Below, in pieces: positions 10,801 through 20,477 of a stretch of 64,000 bases of DNA (positions are counted from its first letter, which is position 1; every line of letters starts with the position of its first letter). The stretch comes from a virus, in the IMG/VR virus record IMGVR_UViG_3300033144_003548; one strand, given 5' to 3'. The notes beneath the pieces were generated by a model. It saw only the letters and a program-made list of their open reading frames with translations. It was not told where the DNA came from and did not search any database. The position numbers were made by a program, and so were the translations under genes.

Positions 10801-11532
10801 ACCTTGCGATAGATCATTAACAGACACGGCAGCGTTCTTAGCTACAGCCACCCACTTGTCAAGCAATACAATACCTTGATCGAGTTCCATACCAGTCTGT
10901 CTCAAAGAACCAACCAAAATATCAATAGCTTGATCGAATTGCATACCAGCTACGTTACCAAGGATAGCAGCGTCTCTCAACATCAACTGTGCTGTTGCAG
11001 TTCTTTGAGCTTGGTCTTCATATTGAGCAGTAGCTCTCAAAGCCAGATCCATACCTCTTAGAGTTTGCTCAATAGGCATACCCATACGGATAGCAACATC
11101 AGCAGTTAAGTCAAAGAATTTGTATAGACTAGCACCAAACGTTGAAGTTGTGATACCAATTCTCTCCAGCGTAACTTCTAAGTCTTTCCAAAGCTGGAGA
11201 ACTTCTTGCATCTTACGAACTGTACCAATAACAAGCGTAGTTGCTGCTATCCACAACCCAACCTTCAAAACAGCGTTAGCAATGGCTTCACCAACGCCCT
11301 GAAAGCTCAGGTCTTGGACGTGCAGAGTTCTGCTTAAACTCTGAGAACCTCTTTTGGCACGATCTATCTCATCAGTGAATCTGCTTAGTTGCTGGTTATA
11401 CTTATCAGCACTCAAAGCACCCGCAGCATACTCACGATGTAAACCAGCCACAGCCTGTTGTGCTGCCCTGATTTCTTTAGCTTGTAAATATTTTGATTCT
11501 TCGGCTAGTAACCACTCTTTAAACCCTGGCAT
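7861..11532 (-). CDS. Tail tape measure protein
   Basis: 1223 aa, helical, TP901-like core (G.EVGNAIRA; G+AVRDATGEFRSFWDIM.EL), Gly-rich hydrophobic segments, follows chaperones. Confidence 0.92.
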   Translation of the reverse strand: MPGFKEWLLAEESKYLQAKEIRAAQQAVAGLHREYAAGALSADKYNQQLSRFTDEIDRAKRGSQSLSRTLHVQDLSFQGVGEAIANAVLKVGLWIAATTLVIGTVRKMQEVLQLWKDLEVTLERIGITTSTFGASLYKFFDLTADVAIRMGMPIEQTLRGMDLALRATAQYEDQAQRTATAQLMLRDAAILGNVAGMQFDQAIDILVGSLRQTGMELDQGIVLLDKWVAVAKNAAVSVNDLSQGFAIMSSAAASAGLNVDQVNGIITALSEAVTLGPVEVGNAIRALMATLYNPGSIATMRRFGVAVRDATGEFRSFWDIMNELSSMVVTGALDEDQILQIAKAAGAGQRRYAQFVALLKNWTNAIRAANTSAGAHGEALNANERIVNTLTNAWDQFTAAQNKFWYALGDKSGIISDLTEHFQRLAGVFSWFADLNEPLGKTIKLVAELAVAFVALKLAAVAITKLNLIGWLVTLARPLGGLRNLTALAGVAPGVGQVVRPAGLGAAAITARGQFQAPVGGWTAPTGQFYRGGQFLPMMATTLTRGEVARTAWSNLGTQLQRTLLTPMRGLGLAFGTAAGGMIMRELYDSDWSGIGGALGAAVGGFFLGPAGLAIGSVIGGGIAKLIEQASMSFEERVAREREKWMKDLPDEIASSLGRMREQLDLSDTVIIPLEDLMKDQEDMYDKVIQQEKDLLSRREEYIKGLEDVMMGEYGYGPGMGEAIQGAAIARWWASLFQEPQMEVQREMIPRMEEAQRKATEAAETQLTVYDELALRAEEVRKELGLQEAAEKRIEEIKERTLELTSDEREELLSLASSAPITYSRMVAQLERYLPDLAEQFRALYPSYEDFVELAPEAYGPLVEALSTAVSMEQKIADAEKTRAAATKLLKAELGGTEATLQNITDQWKYWSDIQKAVAAGAASLEPFYEAWGVTTEDATLAADEALNILNKIVQTLADGKEATQDLVNFQNQYNTALAVGEERLKYMSQYVEPGRLEFFEAGGAGLGRIQDLLTRYETMFGRYLDSQKEIYHAFIRDEEGVVRGFYETFEARPEVWQAMLVELRNIEKNTAEALEAEYNLPGWYTRPSRYWAMKTTEATEFGPAQGSLWELWMEFLAKNRGMQGGGTIKEAGPYFLHRREVVMSGDTLAGTNSILNNSYRVLAASQQYLSSINLGIVGLKQEIASLRELFTKKRGEGDGEEFARVARSNYSGVSSLGVSVRR

Positions 11533-11804
11533 TATTGTTCTACCTCATTCTCATCCCAAGCCATATTGAACTCAGTTTGAGCATTATCTCCATAAACTCT
11601 CTCAAACCACTCCTCAAGCTCCTTAGCATCGTCCCAAATTGACTCTGGAGGACGCTTCTCCTTTGGTAGTTCCATCCAGCTATCAATTTGCATCCTCTTC
11701 CTTATTAAATACGAAAAAGTGTAAGGAAGAACATTTACATCCTCAAACAGTTCATCAAACTTGATTTTGCTGTTCTGGACAACGTGCCACATACCAGCAA
11801 ACAC
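11532..11804 (-). CDS. Tail assembly chaperone gpT (expressed by -1 frameshift)
   Basis: Lies in the -1 frame of upstream gpG with no stop after the slippery site. Confidence 0.8.
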   Translation of the reverse strand: MFAGMWHVVQNSKIKFDELFEDVNVLPYTFSYLIRKRMQIDSWMELPKEKRPPESIWDDAKELEEWFERVYGDNAQTEFNMAWDENEVEQ

Positions 11805-11815
11805 GTTGTCCCTAC

Positions 11816-12517
11816 TTAGTTTTTTAATTGTTCACCTGTTAATTCTAACTTGAGATAAGCATCTGTCAGTTGTCTTTTCAGATTAGGTGAAGCATTCCTA
11901 AACTCATCAAAATCAGTAAAAACCCTATCCTTGAACTTTGGATCGCTATATGTTCCAGCAAAAATACAATAATCTCTAAAAGCCGTGCCGAACTCTTCTA
12001 AACATCTGTAATTGATGGAAGAATCAACAAAAATCTTTCTAATCTCTTCAATAGGAAGCTTCTCTAATTCAGCTTTACGTTCATTAGATTTCTCCTCCAT
12101 CTTCCCTCTTAATTTGTCAGCTTTCTCTTTAGCAGCCTCTTCCTCAGCTTCTTGCTGTTTCTCTCTATCTTCAAGTGTAGGATTATCAGGTAATTTTATA
12201 TCAAAGACAGAATCACCTAAATCCGCAACCGCAGCATCCCTAAAATTAGCCATTTCCGCAAGTAGGATGCCAAATATCAAATCTTGCTTTTCTCTTTCTT
12301 CCAGATCCAAGAACAGCGATTGATGGTCAATACTTTCTTTATCTCTTAGACGCTTTCTAAGTTTTCTACTTGCTAATAGACCATACTGTTGAGCTTGATT
12401 ATAGTCAAGATCGCCGACCAACCTGACATACATTGTCTCGGTTGTGTTACCCTCTCTATCTTTTATTTCTACTTTTGTGTTCCACTTAAATAGGTTTGCT
12501 AAATCCTTAGTTGCCAT
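11816..12517 (-). CDS. Tail assembly chaperone gpG
   Basis: Between tube and TMP; start MATKDL at 12517 with GGAG RBS; ends TTA AAA AAC TAA. Confidence 0.8.
   Translation of the reverse strand: MATKDLANLFKWNTKVEIKDREGNTTETMYVRLVGDLDYNQAQQYGLLASRKLRKRLRDKESIDHQSLFLDLEEREKQDLIFGILLAEMANFRDAAVADLGDSVFDIKLPDNPTLEDREKQQEAEEEAAKEKADKLRGKMEEKSNERKAELEKLPIEEIRKIFVDSSINYRCLEEFGTAFRDYCIFAGTYSDPKFKDRVFTDFDEFRNASPNLKRQLTDAYLKLELTGEQLKN
11819..11825 (-). promoter_or_regulatory. -1 ribosomal frameshift slippery site A-AAA-AAC
   Basis: X XXY YYZ heptamer just before the gpG stop; -1 frame reads KLSRDNVFAGMWH into gpT. Confidence 0.85.
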
Positions 12518-12554
12518 TTTCTTACTCTCCTTCCCTCTTTCTTTTTTCCTCTTC

Positions 12555-12608
12555 AAAATAAAAAGGGGAGTCCAACACAAGAAAAATATCTTGCTTAAAG
12601 ACTCCCCT
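12555..12608 (-). terminator. Rho-independent terminator after tail tube gene
   Basis: AGGGGAGTC...GACTCCCCT stem followed by TTTTATTTT on the minus strand. Confidence 0.7.
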
Positions 12609-12668
12609 AATAAATCGTTGTACGATTTCCCTTACTATCTTATGTAAGCAATTGAACCTTATTCTATT

Positions 12669-13838
12669 TTATGCTACCGCACCGCTATATACAACGCACT
12701 GAGCATCATCAGACATAAATGAGAATGTAGCTGTCAATTGACCACCAACATTTGAAGTTGTACCATCTGACGTAATTCTCATCTTAGGAACTCTGATTGT
12801 CTTCAATACTGTAGCGTTATCTGCGGGATCTTTGATAATAACGTCTAGTTGAAGTGTTCTCTCCTCATATTCGTTTACACCAAACTCACCATAACCATCC
12901 GCATCGTTAATGCTGCCAGTAGTTAGTAATGACACAATCTCGTTGTCGGTATCCATAACTGTAATATCACCTGTTATATCGGGTGGGTCAACAACGTAAC
13001 CAACAACCGAGGTATTACCCATTTCCATAATTTTAGTGTTAGGGAACGTACCTCTGATCGTAACACTCTGAACCCTGTACATATGATTTGCACCAATCTC
13101 AACAGGAATATTCTTACCACGAATAGCAGCAGGAACTGTAGCATCTGAAATATTGCTCCAAGTAAGCACACCACTCTGAGTGTGATACACAGCAAGAGCC
13201 ATTTCAGTTGTCGCACCACTGACTGTAACTGTTTGACCAGAAACACTGTAACCAGTTCCCTCTTCTAACCAGTCACCATCAACAATCATACTGATAAGCT
13301 TATTACCATTCTTCAGTGCGTTTGGTGCATAGGTTAGAGATAGTTGACCAGCAACAAGGTTACCTGAATCAACAACCACATCATTCGCAAAATATCTCTT
13401 CTCACTTCCAGCCAGACTGTACTCTTCCGTACTTTCACCATCTACTGAGTAGGTTAATGTGAAATCAGTAACTCTCATATATTTTGCGTGAATGCACTTC
13501 AAATGCTCATTAACATCAGCTTCTTTGACATATGCAATCATATCGCAGAATTTAAGCATATTAACATCTACACCACCAGCAGGGAAAGAATCTGGATCAT
13601 AACCAGTCATAAATGAAAATATCTTGTGAGATACATCAAAAGCTTGGAATGTAGCAGTCACCTCTGGAACATCTGTTACGATACCTGCGTGACCTGGATT
13701 ACCAAGCTCGTTAATCGTAGTGCTAGGTAAGTTTGCAGGTATATCCAACCTTTGTACACGGTGAGCAAAGAAATCACCAGAAGGTCCAACAATTCTTAAT
13801 TTAGTATCTTTATAAGGCACAGCCACTCTTTTAGTCAT
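12669..13838 (-). CDS. Major tail tube protein
   Basis: Beta-rich, internally duplicated motif (HRVQ....TINELGN / YRVQ....KIMEMGN); upstream of chaperones. Confidence 0.8.
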   Translation of the reverse strand: MTKRVAVPYKDTKLRIVGPSGDFFAHRVQRLDIPANLPSTTINELGNPGHAGIVTDVPEVTATFQAFDVSHKIFSFMTGYDPDSFPAGGVDVNMLKFCDMIAYVKEADVNEHLKCIHAKYMRVTDFTLTYSVDGESTEEYSLAGSEKRYFANDVVVDSGNLVAGQLSLTYAPNALKNGNKLISMIVDGDWLEEGTGYSVSGQTVTVSGATTEMALAVYHTQSGVLTWSNISDATVPAAIRGKNIPVEIGANHMYRVQSVTIRGTFPNTKIMEMGNTSVVGYVVDPPDITGDITVMDTDNEIVSLLTTGSINDADGYGEFGVNEYEERTLQLDVIIKDPADNATVLKTIRVPKMRITSDGTTSNVGGQLTATFSFMSDDAQCVVYSGAVA

Positions 13839-14259
13839 CTCTTCTACCTCTCTTATTCAACATTTTTACTTTGTCGTAAATTTCAAACTCCCTATTAGAA
13901 TAAGATGAACCACGTTTGTGCCACTGATTTTGTTTACTTAATCTAAGATCAATAAACTCAGTTAATAGCGTGGCTTGCTCCTTCTTGCTTGGTAAATAAC
14001 CAACAATATTAGTTAAGAGATGCCTGACATCATCAAAATCATTACATCTCCAAAAGTGTAGTGGTTTGTTAGAACGTTTACCATTGGTTTTATTAGTATA
14101 AACACCACCCACACCAACCAACTCACAGAAGGTATTTACAATGCTGCGATCAGTATTAAAAAATTTTATGCAGGGTTGAAGTAATTTACCATTTTTAACA
14201 AACCCTATGCTTCCTTCTAACGAAATACACCAAGCAATCAATTGCCAATCTTTATTCAT
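13831..14259 (-). CDS. Free-standing LAGLIDADG homing endonuclease
   Basis: IAWCISLEGSI LAGLIDADG-like motif, NTD, YLPSKKEQA, MLNKRG tail; RBS GAGGTG before ATG 14259. Confidence 0.8.
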   Translation of the reverse strand: MNKDWQLIAWCISLEGSIGFVKNGKLLQPCIKFFNTDRSIVNTFCELVGVGGVYTNKTNGKRSNKPLHFWRCNDFDDVRHLLTNIVGYLPSKKEQATLLTEFIDLRLSKQNQWHKRGSSYSNREFEIYDKVKMLNKRGRRDD

Positions 14260-14398
14260 AATAAACCACCTCTCAAATATCCTTGTAACCAATTCTCCTT
14301 GCTACCTTCTAAATCCTTTCCTTTATGTGAATCCGTAATCTCTTTACCCCCAACCTTGAGAGGCTAATCCCTTATTTTTATTTTATCCTTACCGTTCC

Positions 14399-14884
14399 TT
14401 ACGTAGCCTGCGTAGTCACAGTACTAAAAGTAATGGTAGTCCTCCAAAACTTTCTTTCCGATAATGATGGAAATGCGTAAGTAGGACGCATACTCCTGTC
14501 CTCTACGCTTGCCCACTCAATAATTCTAAGATCTGCTCCAGATTTTGCTTTACCATCCTCTCTAAAACCAACAGAGTAGTCTCTTATAGGAATAGATTTA
14601 TCCAACGCCTGAAATATAATATCAGACAGTTCATCTCTCTGAGCATCATTGTCAGCAAAGACATCTATAGCCCACGTACGTCTGAACCAGCTTGAACCAA
14701 GTTCACCACCGTCATCTACGGTCTGGCTGTGTTCTACCGACACGCAAGGTACTTCAAGTGTATTGTTCTCTACTTCGGTGTATGGATAGCTATCTACAAC
14801 TCTCTTAACCTTATCCCCAACCAGGTCCTTTATAAAGAAATAAACACTAAAATCTTCTTGTCTAAATTTTCCTATGACTACCAT
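14399..14884 (-). CDS. Tail terminator/completion protein
   Basis: IDVFADNDAQRDELSD motif; position before tube. Confidence 0.65.
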   Translation of the reverse strand: MVVIGKFRQEDFSVYFFIKDLVGDKVKRVVDSYPYTEVENNTLEVPCVSVEHSQTVDDGGELGSSWFRRTWAIDVFADNDAQRDELSDIIFQALDKSIPIRDYSVGFREDGKAKSGADLRIIEWASVEDRSMRPTYAFPSLSERKFWRTTITFSTVTTQAT

Positions 14885-14904
14885 ATCCTCACCTTCTTAA
14901 TTTG

Positions 14905-15132
14905 CTACGCAAAAATTAATACTAAAATTATTGAGACAAGTGTAGATATAAGACAACCAACAAATGTCCAAACAGCCTTATTTATTGATTTCTTCAGACT
15001 TTCAAAACCGTTGAACATAAGCATACCAAAGCAAGCAAGGACAACTTCCTTGTCGTCACAGCCTTCAATTCCATAGTTCGCTATTTTTTCGCAAGCCTCC
15101 TCGACTCTAGATCTTAGAATTTCGTGATTCAT
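14905..15132 (-). CDS. Small protein with C-terminal transmembrane helix
   Basis: Hydrophobic C-terminus; in operon. Confidence 0.6.
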   Translation of the reverse strand: MNHEILRSRVEEACEKIANYGIEGCDDKEVVLACFGMLMFNGFESLKKSINKAVWTFVGCLISTLVSIILVLIFA

Positions 15133-15142
15133 AATGTAACTC

Positions 15143-16009
15143 CTATCGTGGCAACCAACCGCTCCACCTTCTAATTACCGTTCCTGTCACGTCTAATATG
15201 AAACCTCTCCCAGTTAGACGACCAAGCCTATCAATTGCCGTTGTTCCTGAAATAGCAAAGACAATTGTTCCAGTGGGTGAAGTCCATACGTGCCCCGCAA
15301 ATAATTGCCCTCTATAGCTAACTGTAGTAGCTTGATAACCTGCGAACAAAGATGATGGTCTAGCAACTAATGCTCTTACCACCGATAAAGTTCTTAGGTA
15401 TGCAGCCTTCATCTCTCTATTATAGACCACCTTAAAAGCAAGAAGAGTTCGTTTAGGTCCATTTCTAGGATAAGCAGCAGGACCATTTCCATTCTCAATA
15501 AGCTCCCAAAAAGGGGCTTTGGTTTCCGCAAGCATTATACTTGTTCTCGCACCTACAATTTCTTCATATTTCTTACTTGTACCAGCTAACCAAGAATTGT
15601 AGATACCGATCCACCCTTGAAGCGTACCACCTGGATGAACCATTTTTTGGATTCTTTGCAGATCACCAATATCACCCAAAGCATCTAAATCCACAAATTT
15701 AGCTTGAATCAAACCTTTGCTGTCCCACTCGAAACCTATATTTCTAGGTTGAGATAGTGCTGTATCCATCACGGTAAAATACGCAGGAAACCTACTATAC
15801 TCATCAATTTCAGCCATATCTTTTCTATAAGCTTCTTTCAAATATTGGTTAAGTCTCTCTGCGGTGGTTATGGCTTGCGTCTCAATTATAGCGGTAACCT
15901 CTGGTAATAGCTGATAGTAAATCACACCGCTTAAAGGGGTTACACCTAATTGAGCCAAGACACCAACAGGATGAAAGGTAGGTATTCTATGCGTAAATGT
16001 CCTTATCAT
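15143..16009 (-). CDS. Putative neck/virion protein
   Basis: APFWELIENG motif, position in neck module. Confidence 0.5.
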   Translation of the reverse strand: MIRTFTHRIPTFHPVGVLAQLGVTPLSGVIYYQLLPEVTAIIETQAITTAERLNQYLKEAYRKDMAEIDEYSRFPAYFTVMDTALSQPRNIGFEWDSKGLIQAKFVDLDALGDIGDLQRIQKMVHPGGTLQGWIGIYNSWLAGTSKKYEEIVGARTSIMLAETKAPFWELIENGNGPAAYPRNGPKRTLLAFKVVYNREMKAAYLRTLSVVRALVARPSSLFAGYQATTVSYRGQLFAGHVWTSPTGTIVFAISGTTAIDRLGRLTGRGFILDVTGTVIRRWSGWLPR

Positions 16010-16230
16010 TCGTCCTTAATACCTTCTACATCAATGCCTATAACAGTGAAGACGCTCCTTGTGAATCCATTCATATTATCAAGAAATATTTTTCTTATTT
16101 TACTAAAGGAGTCACCCTTTCCCATCTCTTCCTCTAAATCGTTAAGAGCTATTGCACAATAACGCTTTTTCCTTTTATTTATTAGCTTAACGATTTCGAT
16201 TTCTGGTAATCCTTCCAATTCCTTACTCAT
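16006..16230 (-). CDS. Hypothetical protein
   Basis: ORF tightly packed in operon. Confidence 0.6.
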   Translation of the reverse strand: MSKELEGLPEIEIVKLINKRKKRYCAIALNDLEEEMGKGDSFSKIRKIFLDNMNGFTRSVFTVIGIDVEGIKDE

Positions 16231-16232
16231 AA

Positions 16233-16685
16233 TTACTCCTTACCAACTTCTCTACAAACAAATCTAATACGATCTCTTGTAGGTACTCCTCTCTTAATTG
16301 TTCTAAAAATTTCCAGTTTTCTACTATCCACTCTGACTTCTTTTATCTTAACTATTTGAGTCTCTGAAAGAGAGTCTATACCAATAGTTATAAAACAATC
16401 ACCAGTCAGAGTCTCACCAGCGATCCCAAAATCCGATTCATCACCAGTACGCCACCTAACGTGAGCAAGGACTCCAGACTCAACATCCTGAGTGATCCAA
16501 TACTGACCAGAACAAATAGGACAAAATTGATCCAAACTAAGCTCATTTACACTATCATATAAATCAGCACCACTGCACACAGGGCAAGCAGTTTCAACAC
16601 CCTGTATAACAAACGTTACGGTCTGTCCGATAGCGTCTCTGATAGCATCCTTCGTGCTTTTAGTGGTTGGGAACTGTATCGTCAT
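16233..16685 (-). CDS. Putative head-closure protein with Zn ribbon
   Basis: CPVC..CPIC insert in a beta-barrel-like protein; position. Confidence 0.55.
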   Translation of the reverse strand: MTIQFPTTKSTKDAIRDAIGQTVTFVIQGVETACPVCSGADLYDSVNELSLDQFCPICSGQYWITQDVESGVLAHVRWRTGDESDFGIAGETLTGDCFITIGIDSLSETQIVKIKEVRVDSRKLEIFRTIKRGVPTRDRIRFVCREVGKE

Positions 16686-17961
16686 CTTTCTTCACTGTCT
16701 CCTCTTTCGTTACCTCACCAGCGTTAGCTTCTATTCTTACAGGTTCTTCCTCAGTATACTTCTTAGATAATGATTTATCACCATTCTGTAGCATATCCTG
16801 AATAACTTTGTCAAATTGATTCGCAATATAAGCCCAAGTAAACCGCTCTTGCTGAACATATTCATAAGCCTTCTTAGCCAGTTCCTTAGTCTTGTCTCTA
16901 TTCTGATACAAGTCTTCTAGTATATCAGCCAAATGCTCGACATTAATTACACCACCCTCGGTATTAATACCACCAGTGAGAACTTCCCATTCTTGGATCT
17001 CAATAAGAGGAGCGATACCTTCCCATAACTCCTTACAAGCTGAATGATTTGGAACAACTTGAGCTACTCCACAAGCTGCACTCTCAAATGGACTTAGACC
17101 AAAACCCTCTCCCATAGAAGTCATTACGTGAACATCAGCCACATTGTAGATCTTGCATAACGAGCTAAGAGAAACTCCGTGAGCAGGGGTAAAGTTAGTT
17201 TGGTCTGTAATTAAGAACCTATCATCTATTCCCCATCTCTGAGCAAGATCGACGAGATTCCAACCAACATCCTTTAGGCTTCCGTGATAATAAAATGAGA
17301 TATTCTTTCTATCCTCTGGAGACTTACGGCTCAACCATAGCTGCATAGCTTTTAGGAATAAATCAAGCCTTTTTCTAGGTTGATTTCTATTAATATTTTG
17401 AACTACAAACGCATCGGGTGGGACATTCGCAAGAAACTTTCTAGCATCTTCCATCGGATAAAACTCATCAGTATCAACACCGTGACCTATAATATCAACA
17501 TTAATTCCTTCGTGTGCTGCTTGTATTCCATCCTTTGCAAAGTTAGTATAAGTACCAACTCTAGCATTAACTCTGGTTAGATTATTAATCCAGTTGCTAT
17601 GTACTGGTAGAGCATCAACAGGTGAATAAGTAAAAATCCTATTGTTTTCTGGAATAAATTTTACATACTCCGCAACAATCCATAAATCATTATTTATAAT
17701 TATGATATGAGGTTGCTCTTTGGCTACCAATTCCTCTACTCGATTAAAACCATAAATGTTCCCCTTCGCCCTGGCTGGATATATTCTAAACATCCCTTCA
17801 TAACGATGCGGATCACCTATAGGATGGTTAATGCCCAAAATTGACACATCATACCTATCGGTCTGAAATAAACCTTCCAGAACTCCTTGTGAAACCCTTC
17901 CAAAACCAGTAGAGACAGCAGGACTATCACCAATCCATAAAACTTTTATCTTTCCGTTCAT
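16660..17961 (-). CDS. GT4 (GT-B) glycosyltransferase
   Basis: TGFGRV, HGVD, NRNQPRK, YNVAD, GEGFGLSPFESAACG; likely start MNGKIK at 17961. Confidence 0.92.
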   Translation of the reverse strand: MNGKIKVLWIGDSPAVSTGFGRVSQGVLEGLFQTDRYDVSILGINHPIGDPHRYEGMFRIYPARAKGNIYGFNRVEELVAKEQPHIIIINNDLWIVAEYVKFIPENNRIFTYSPVDALPVHSNWINNLTRVNARVGTYTNFAKDGIQAAHEGINVDIIGHGVDTDEFYPMEDARKFLANVPPDAFVVQNINRNQPRKRLDLFLKAMQLWLSRKSPEDRKNISFYYHGSLKDVGWNLVDLAQRWGIDDRFLITDQTNFTPAHGVSLSSLCKIYNVADVHVMTSMGEGFGLSPFESAACGVAQVVPNHSACKELWEGIAPLIEIQEWEVLTGGINTEGGVINVEHLADILEDLYQNRDKTKELAKKAYEYVQQERFTWAYIANQFDKVIQDMLQNGDKSLSKKYTEEEPVRIEANAGEVTKEETVKKDDDTVPNH

Positions 17962-17971
17962 AACCTCTCCT

Positions 17972-18673
17972 TTACCAAGCTGTCCTTTTTGCACCTACCA
18001 TTTTAGGTACATTAATTATCTCATCATTATCCTTCACCAGCACAACAGCATAACAAGAATTGCCGTGAAATTTCATTGGAACTGCACTAAAACCGTGCCC
18101 AAAATGTCTCATAGGTTTGCTATACTTAAAGTAAAATTTTGCAGTTTCGTGAAGGTGACCAGAATAAATAGCTCTCAAGTTATCCCTCAAAAGCTCGTGC
18201 TTATTTTCCACAGGTCTAGACCAAAATGGGTGGTGCGAGAACATAATATGATACCCTTCACCCTTCATTCTGGCTTTCAACCATTGATATTGCTGCGGAT
18301 CTTCAGCAGCCATAACATCTGCCCAACCTACAGCAAACCTGTGCCTCATAAAAGAAGTGTCAAGAAACTCTAAATGATACCCACCAAGGTTTAGTGTCTT
18401 GTATCTATCACCAAAGTTATCACTCCAATGGTCACTACCATCATAATCACCAGGTAGAACTACAACCTTATGACGTATTTTATTAATGGTTTTTGTCGCC
18501 AAATCAATTGTTTCTTTGTCGGGAGTGTGAGCTATATCGCCAGTTGCAATAACCAAATCAACCGCTTCTTGGTTAATTGGATCTACCATAGGTTCAAGCA
18601 AATTCCTGTGTTTAGTAATGTGCAAGTCCGAAATCTGGATAAACCTTAAAACGAACCTTTCCTTTGTTTCCAT
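17972..18673 (-). CDS. Calcineurin-like metallophosphoesterase
   Basis: SDLH, TGD, PGDYD (GNHD variant), HHP, SGHLH. Confidence 0.85.
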   Translation of the reverse strand: METKERFVLRFIQISDLHITKHRNLLEPMVDPINQEAVDLVIATGDIAHTPDKETIDLATKTINKIRHKVVVLPGDYDGSDHWSDNFGDRYKTLNLGGYHLEFLDTSFMRHRFAVGWADVMAAEDPQQYQWLKARMKGEGYHIMFSHHPFWSRPVENKHELLRDNLRAIYSGHLHETAKFYFKYSKPMRHFGHGFSAVPMKFHGNSCYAVVLVKDNDEIINVPKMVGAKRTAW

Positions 18674-18688
18674 ATCCTCTCCTTTATT

Positions 18689-18717
18689 ATTATACCATTT
18701 TTTAATTTAATTGTCAA
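18689..18717 (-). promoter_or_regulatory. Sigma-A promoter TTGACA-17-TATAAT (extended -10)
   Basis: TTGACAATTAAATTAAAAAATGGTATAAT upstream of phosphoesterase. Confidence 0.85.
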
Positions 18718-18880
18718 TATATATAAAGTATACGGTAATAAGCACACGGCTCAGCACCTTAAACTATCATCAAGTATTAAATATTCATTAGTAGGTGATA
18801 GAAACTTTCCAGCACCAAGCGCCAATTGCGGGGGAGGGAAGCCACAAATCAGACCTCTCCTCCCCACAACCTGCACTATA

Positions 18881-19378
18881 TTATATCGTCTGAACCTGAA
18901 CGCCACCAATCTCCGCCTTACTTGGGCTTGTTGGTGAACCCTCAAGCTTCGTAATAACTTCCTTCAGGTAGTCAATAGTTCTTACTTGTTTGTTTTCTTC
19001 TTGAGCAATCTCCAGCAATCTTATAACTGGAACAGGTGAAGTAAACTTATCAACTCTAGGCTTCATCTTGCTCAAAGGTTTCTTTAACAAATCTCTCAGG
19101 TAACCATCGCTAACCGCATTAGTTTCATCGAGAGACAAAGTGTGCTCCGAAATCTCGATTAAATACCCTTGCACGATTGCTGACTTATTATTCTTTTTGA
19201 AATACTTTTCAGCTTCTCCATCGGTAAGCTCAATAGTCATCGCATCAACGTCAGCATTTGGATCATTCGGGTCACCTTTCAGTAAAAACTCTTCTGGATC
19301 TCCCTTCTTATTAAGAATTCTGCCACCTACAGATCCTCTGATGGCTTTTCTCCAAAATTTAGGATAACTGTCTTCCAT
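18881..19378 (-). CDS. Hypothetical virion-associated protein after major capsid
   Basis: ORF with GGAG RBS; position. Confidence 0.6.
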   Translation of the reverse strand: MEDSYPKFWRKAIRGSVGGRILNKKGDPEEFLLKGDPNDPNADVDAMTIELTDGEAEKYFKKNNKSAIVQGYLIEISEHTLSLDETNAVSDGYLRDLLKKPLSKMKPRVDKFTSPVPVIRLLEIAQEENKQVRTIDYLKEVITKLEGSPTSPSKAEIGGVQVQTI

Positions 19379-19486
19379 TTTAAACTCCTTTGTGTTTTTT
19401 ATACTAAGCTTCTGAACCTCTCTCCCGCCTAGTTAGGATTATTCGAGGGGAGGGAATTTAGCCCTCCCCATTTACATCAGCTTCGA

Positions 19487-20416
19487 TTAAGGCTTGTCCA
19501 GTCTGATTACAGCCACGTTCTCCATCCTGTCGAACATCAAACCAAATTGCTGGTAGATTCTGATGTGCCAAGTTGGAGGTGCTGTGCTCATATCAGTCCA
19601 CTGATCTTCTCTTGTGTCCCCATAAGTGATGAACTCACCGCACTCGTCACCTACCACGACAACCATATTGTCCTTGATAAGTGGAGTTCTGTCATATGGA
19701 TTATCATAGACTTGCTCCAAAGCGATGAAGTTAGCACCATAGTAAACACCAAACCAACCTGTTCTCCTGATCTCTTCAAGTGCTGAAGGAACAGGAATAG
19801 CAGCAGTAGGTGTAGCGATTTCTGTTGCTGTAGGTAGTCTGTAGCCAGCAAACTTTGTGATAGGAGCTAAGGCTGTTCTTCTGCCAACCACTGCCCTTAC
19901 TGCTCCAGCAGTATCAGCTATATAATCAATAGAATCTTCCAATGTGCTCCTAGTAATAGGACCTGTCACATAGTAGAAGTTATTACTATCGTTTATAGTA
20001 GCTAGGGTGTACATAGCATTCAATACCTTTGTTACATAGAAGTCAGAAAGCTTGGCTGTCATTTCCCTACGGATGTCATCGACAGTACCAATTTCTCCAG
20101 ACTCCACCTCCCACTCATTGTGGGAAACTTCTGCATATGCCTGATCCAAGTTGTAATTAACAACTTCTTTCACAGTGATCTGGCTAGATAGAGTTGTCTG
20201 ACCAGGAACTAACTGCCTGACCTCGATACCTCTACGCACTTTCTTTACCAGAGCATCACCAGGGTTAAGTGCTCTTGTATTCAAGAACATACCCACAATG
20301 TCCTGAGTAACGTGCTTAGGATCGATGTATTCGACAATCAATTCAGCCAGCGTATCTCTTGCAGCCTTGTTCTTAGCAATTTCCGCATAAGCTGTCTTAA
20401 ATTTCTCTAATTCCAT
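19487..20416 (-). CDS. Major capsid protein (HK97-fold, putative)
   Basis: 309 aa after scaffold and decoration genes; C-terminal QQFGL.FD...VAVIRL. Confidence 0.8.
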   Translation of the reverse strand: MELEKFKTAYAEIAKNKAARDTLAELIVEYIDPKHVTQDIVGMFLNTRALNPGDALVKKVRRGIEVRQLVPGQTTLSSQITVKEVVNYNLDQAYAEVSHNEWEVESGEIGTVDDIRREMTAKLSDFYVTKVLNAMYTLATINDSNNFYYVTGPITRSTLEDSIDYIADTAGAVRAVVGRRTALAPITKFAGYRLPTATEIATPTAAIPVPSALEEIRRTGWFGVYYGANFIALEQVYDNPYDRTPLIKDNMVVVVGDECGEFITYGDTREDQWTDMSTAPPTWHIRIYQQFGLMFDRMENVAVIRLDKP

Positions 20417-20477
20417 CTTTACTCCATTATTGGGGAGGGAGACTATCCCTCCCCGCCTACTCTATTTTTTTCAAAGG

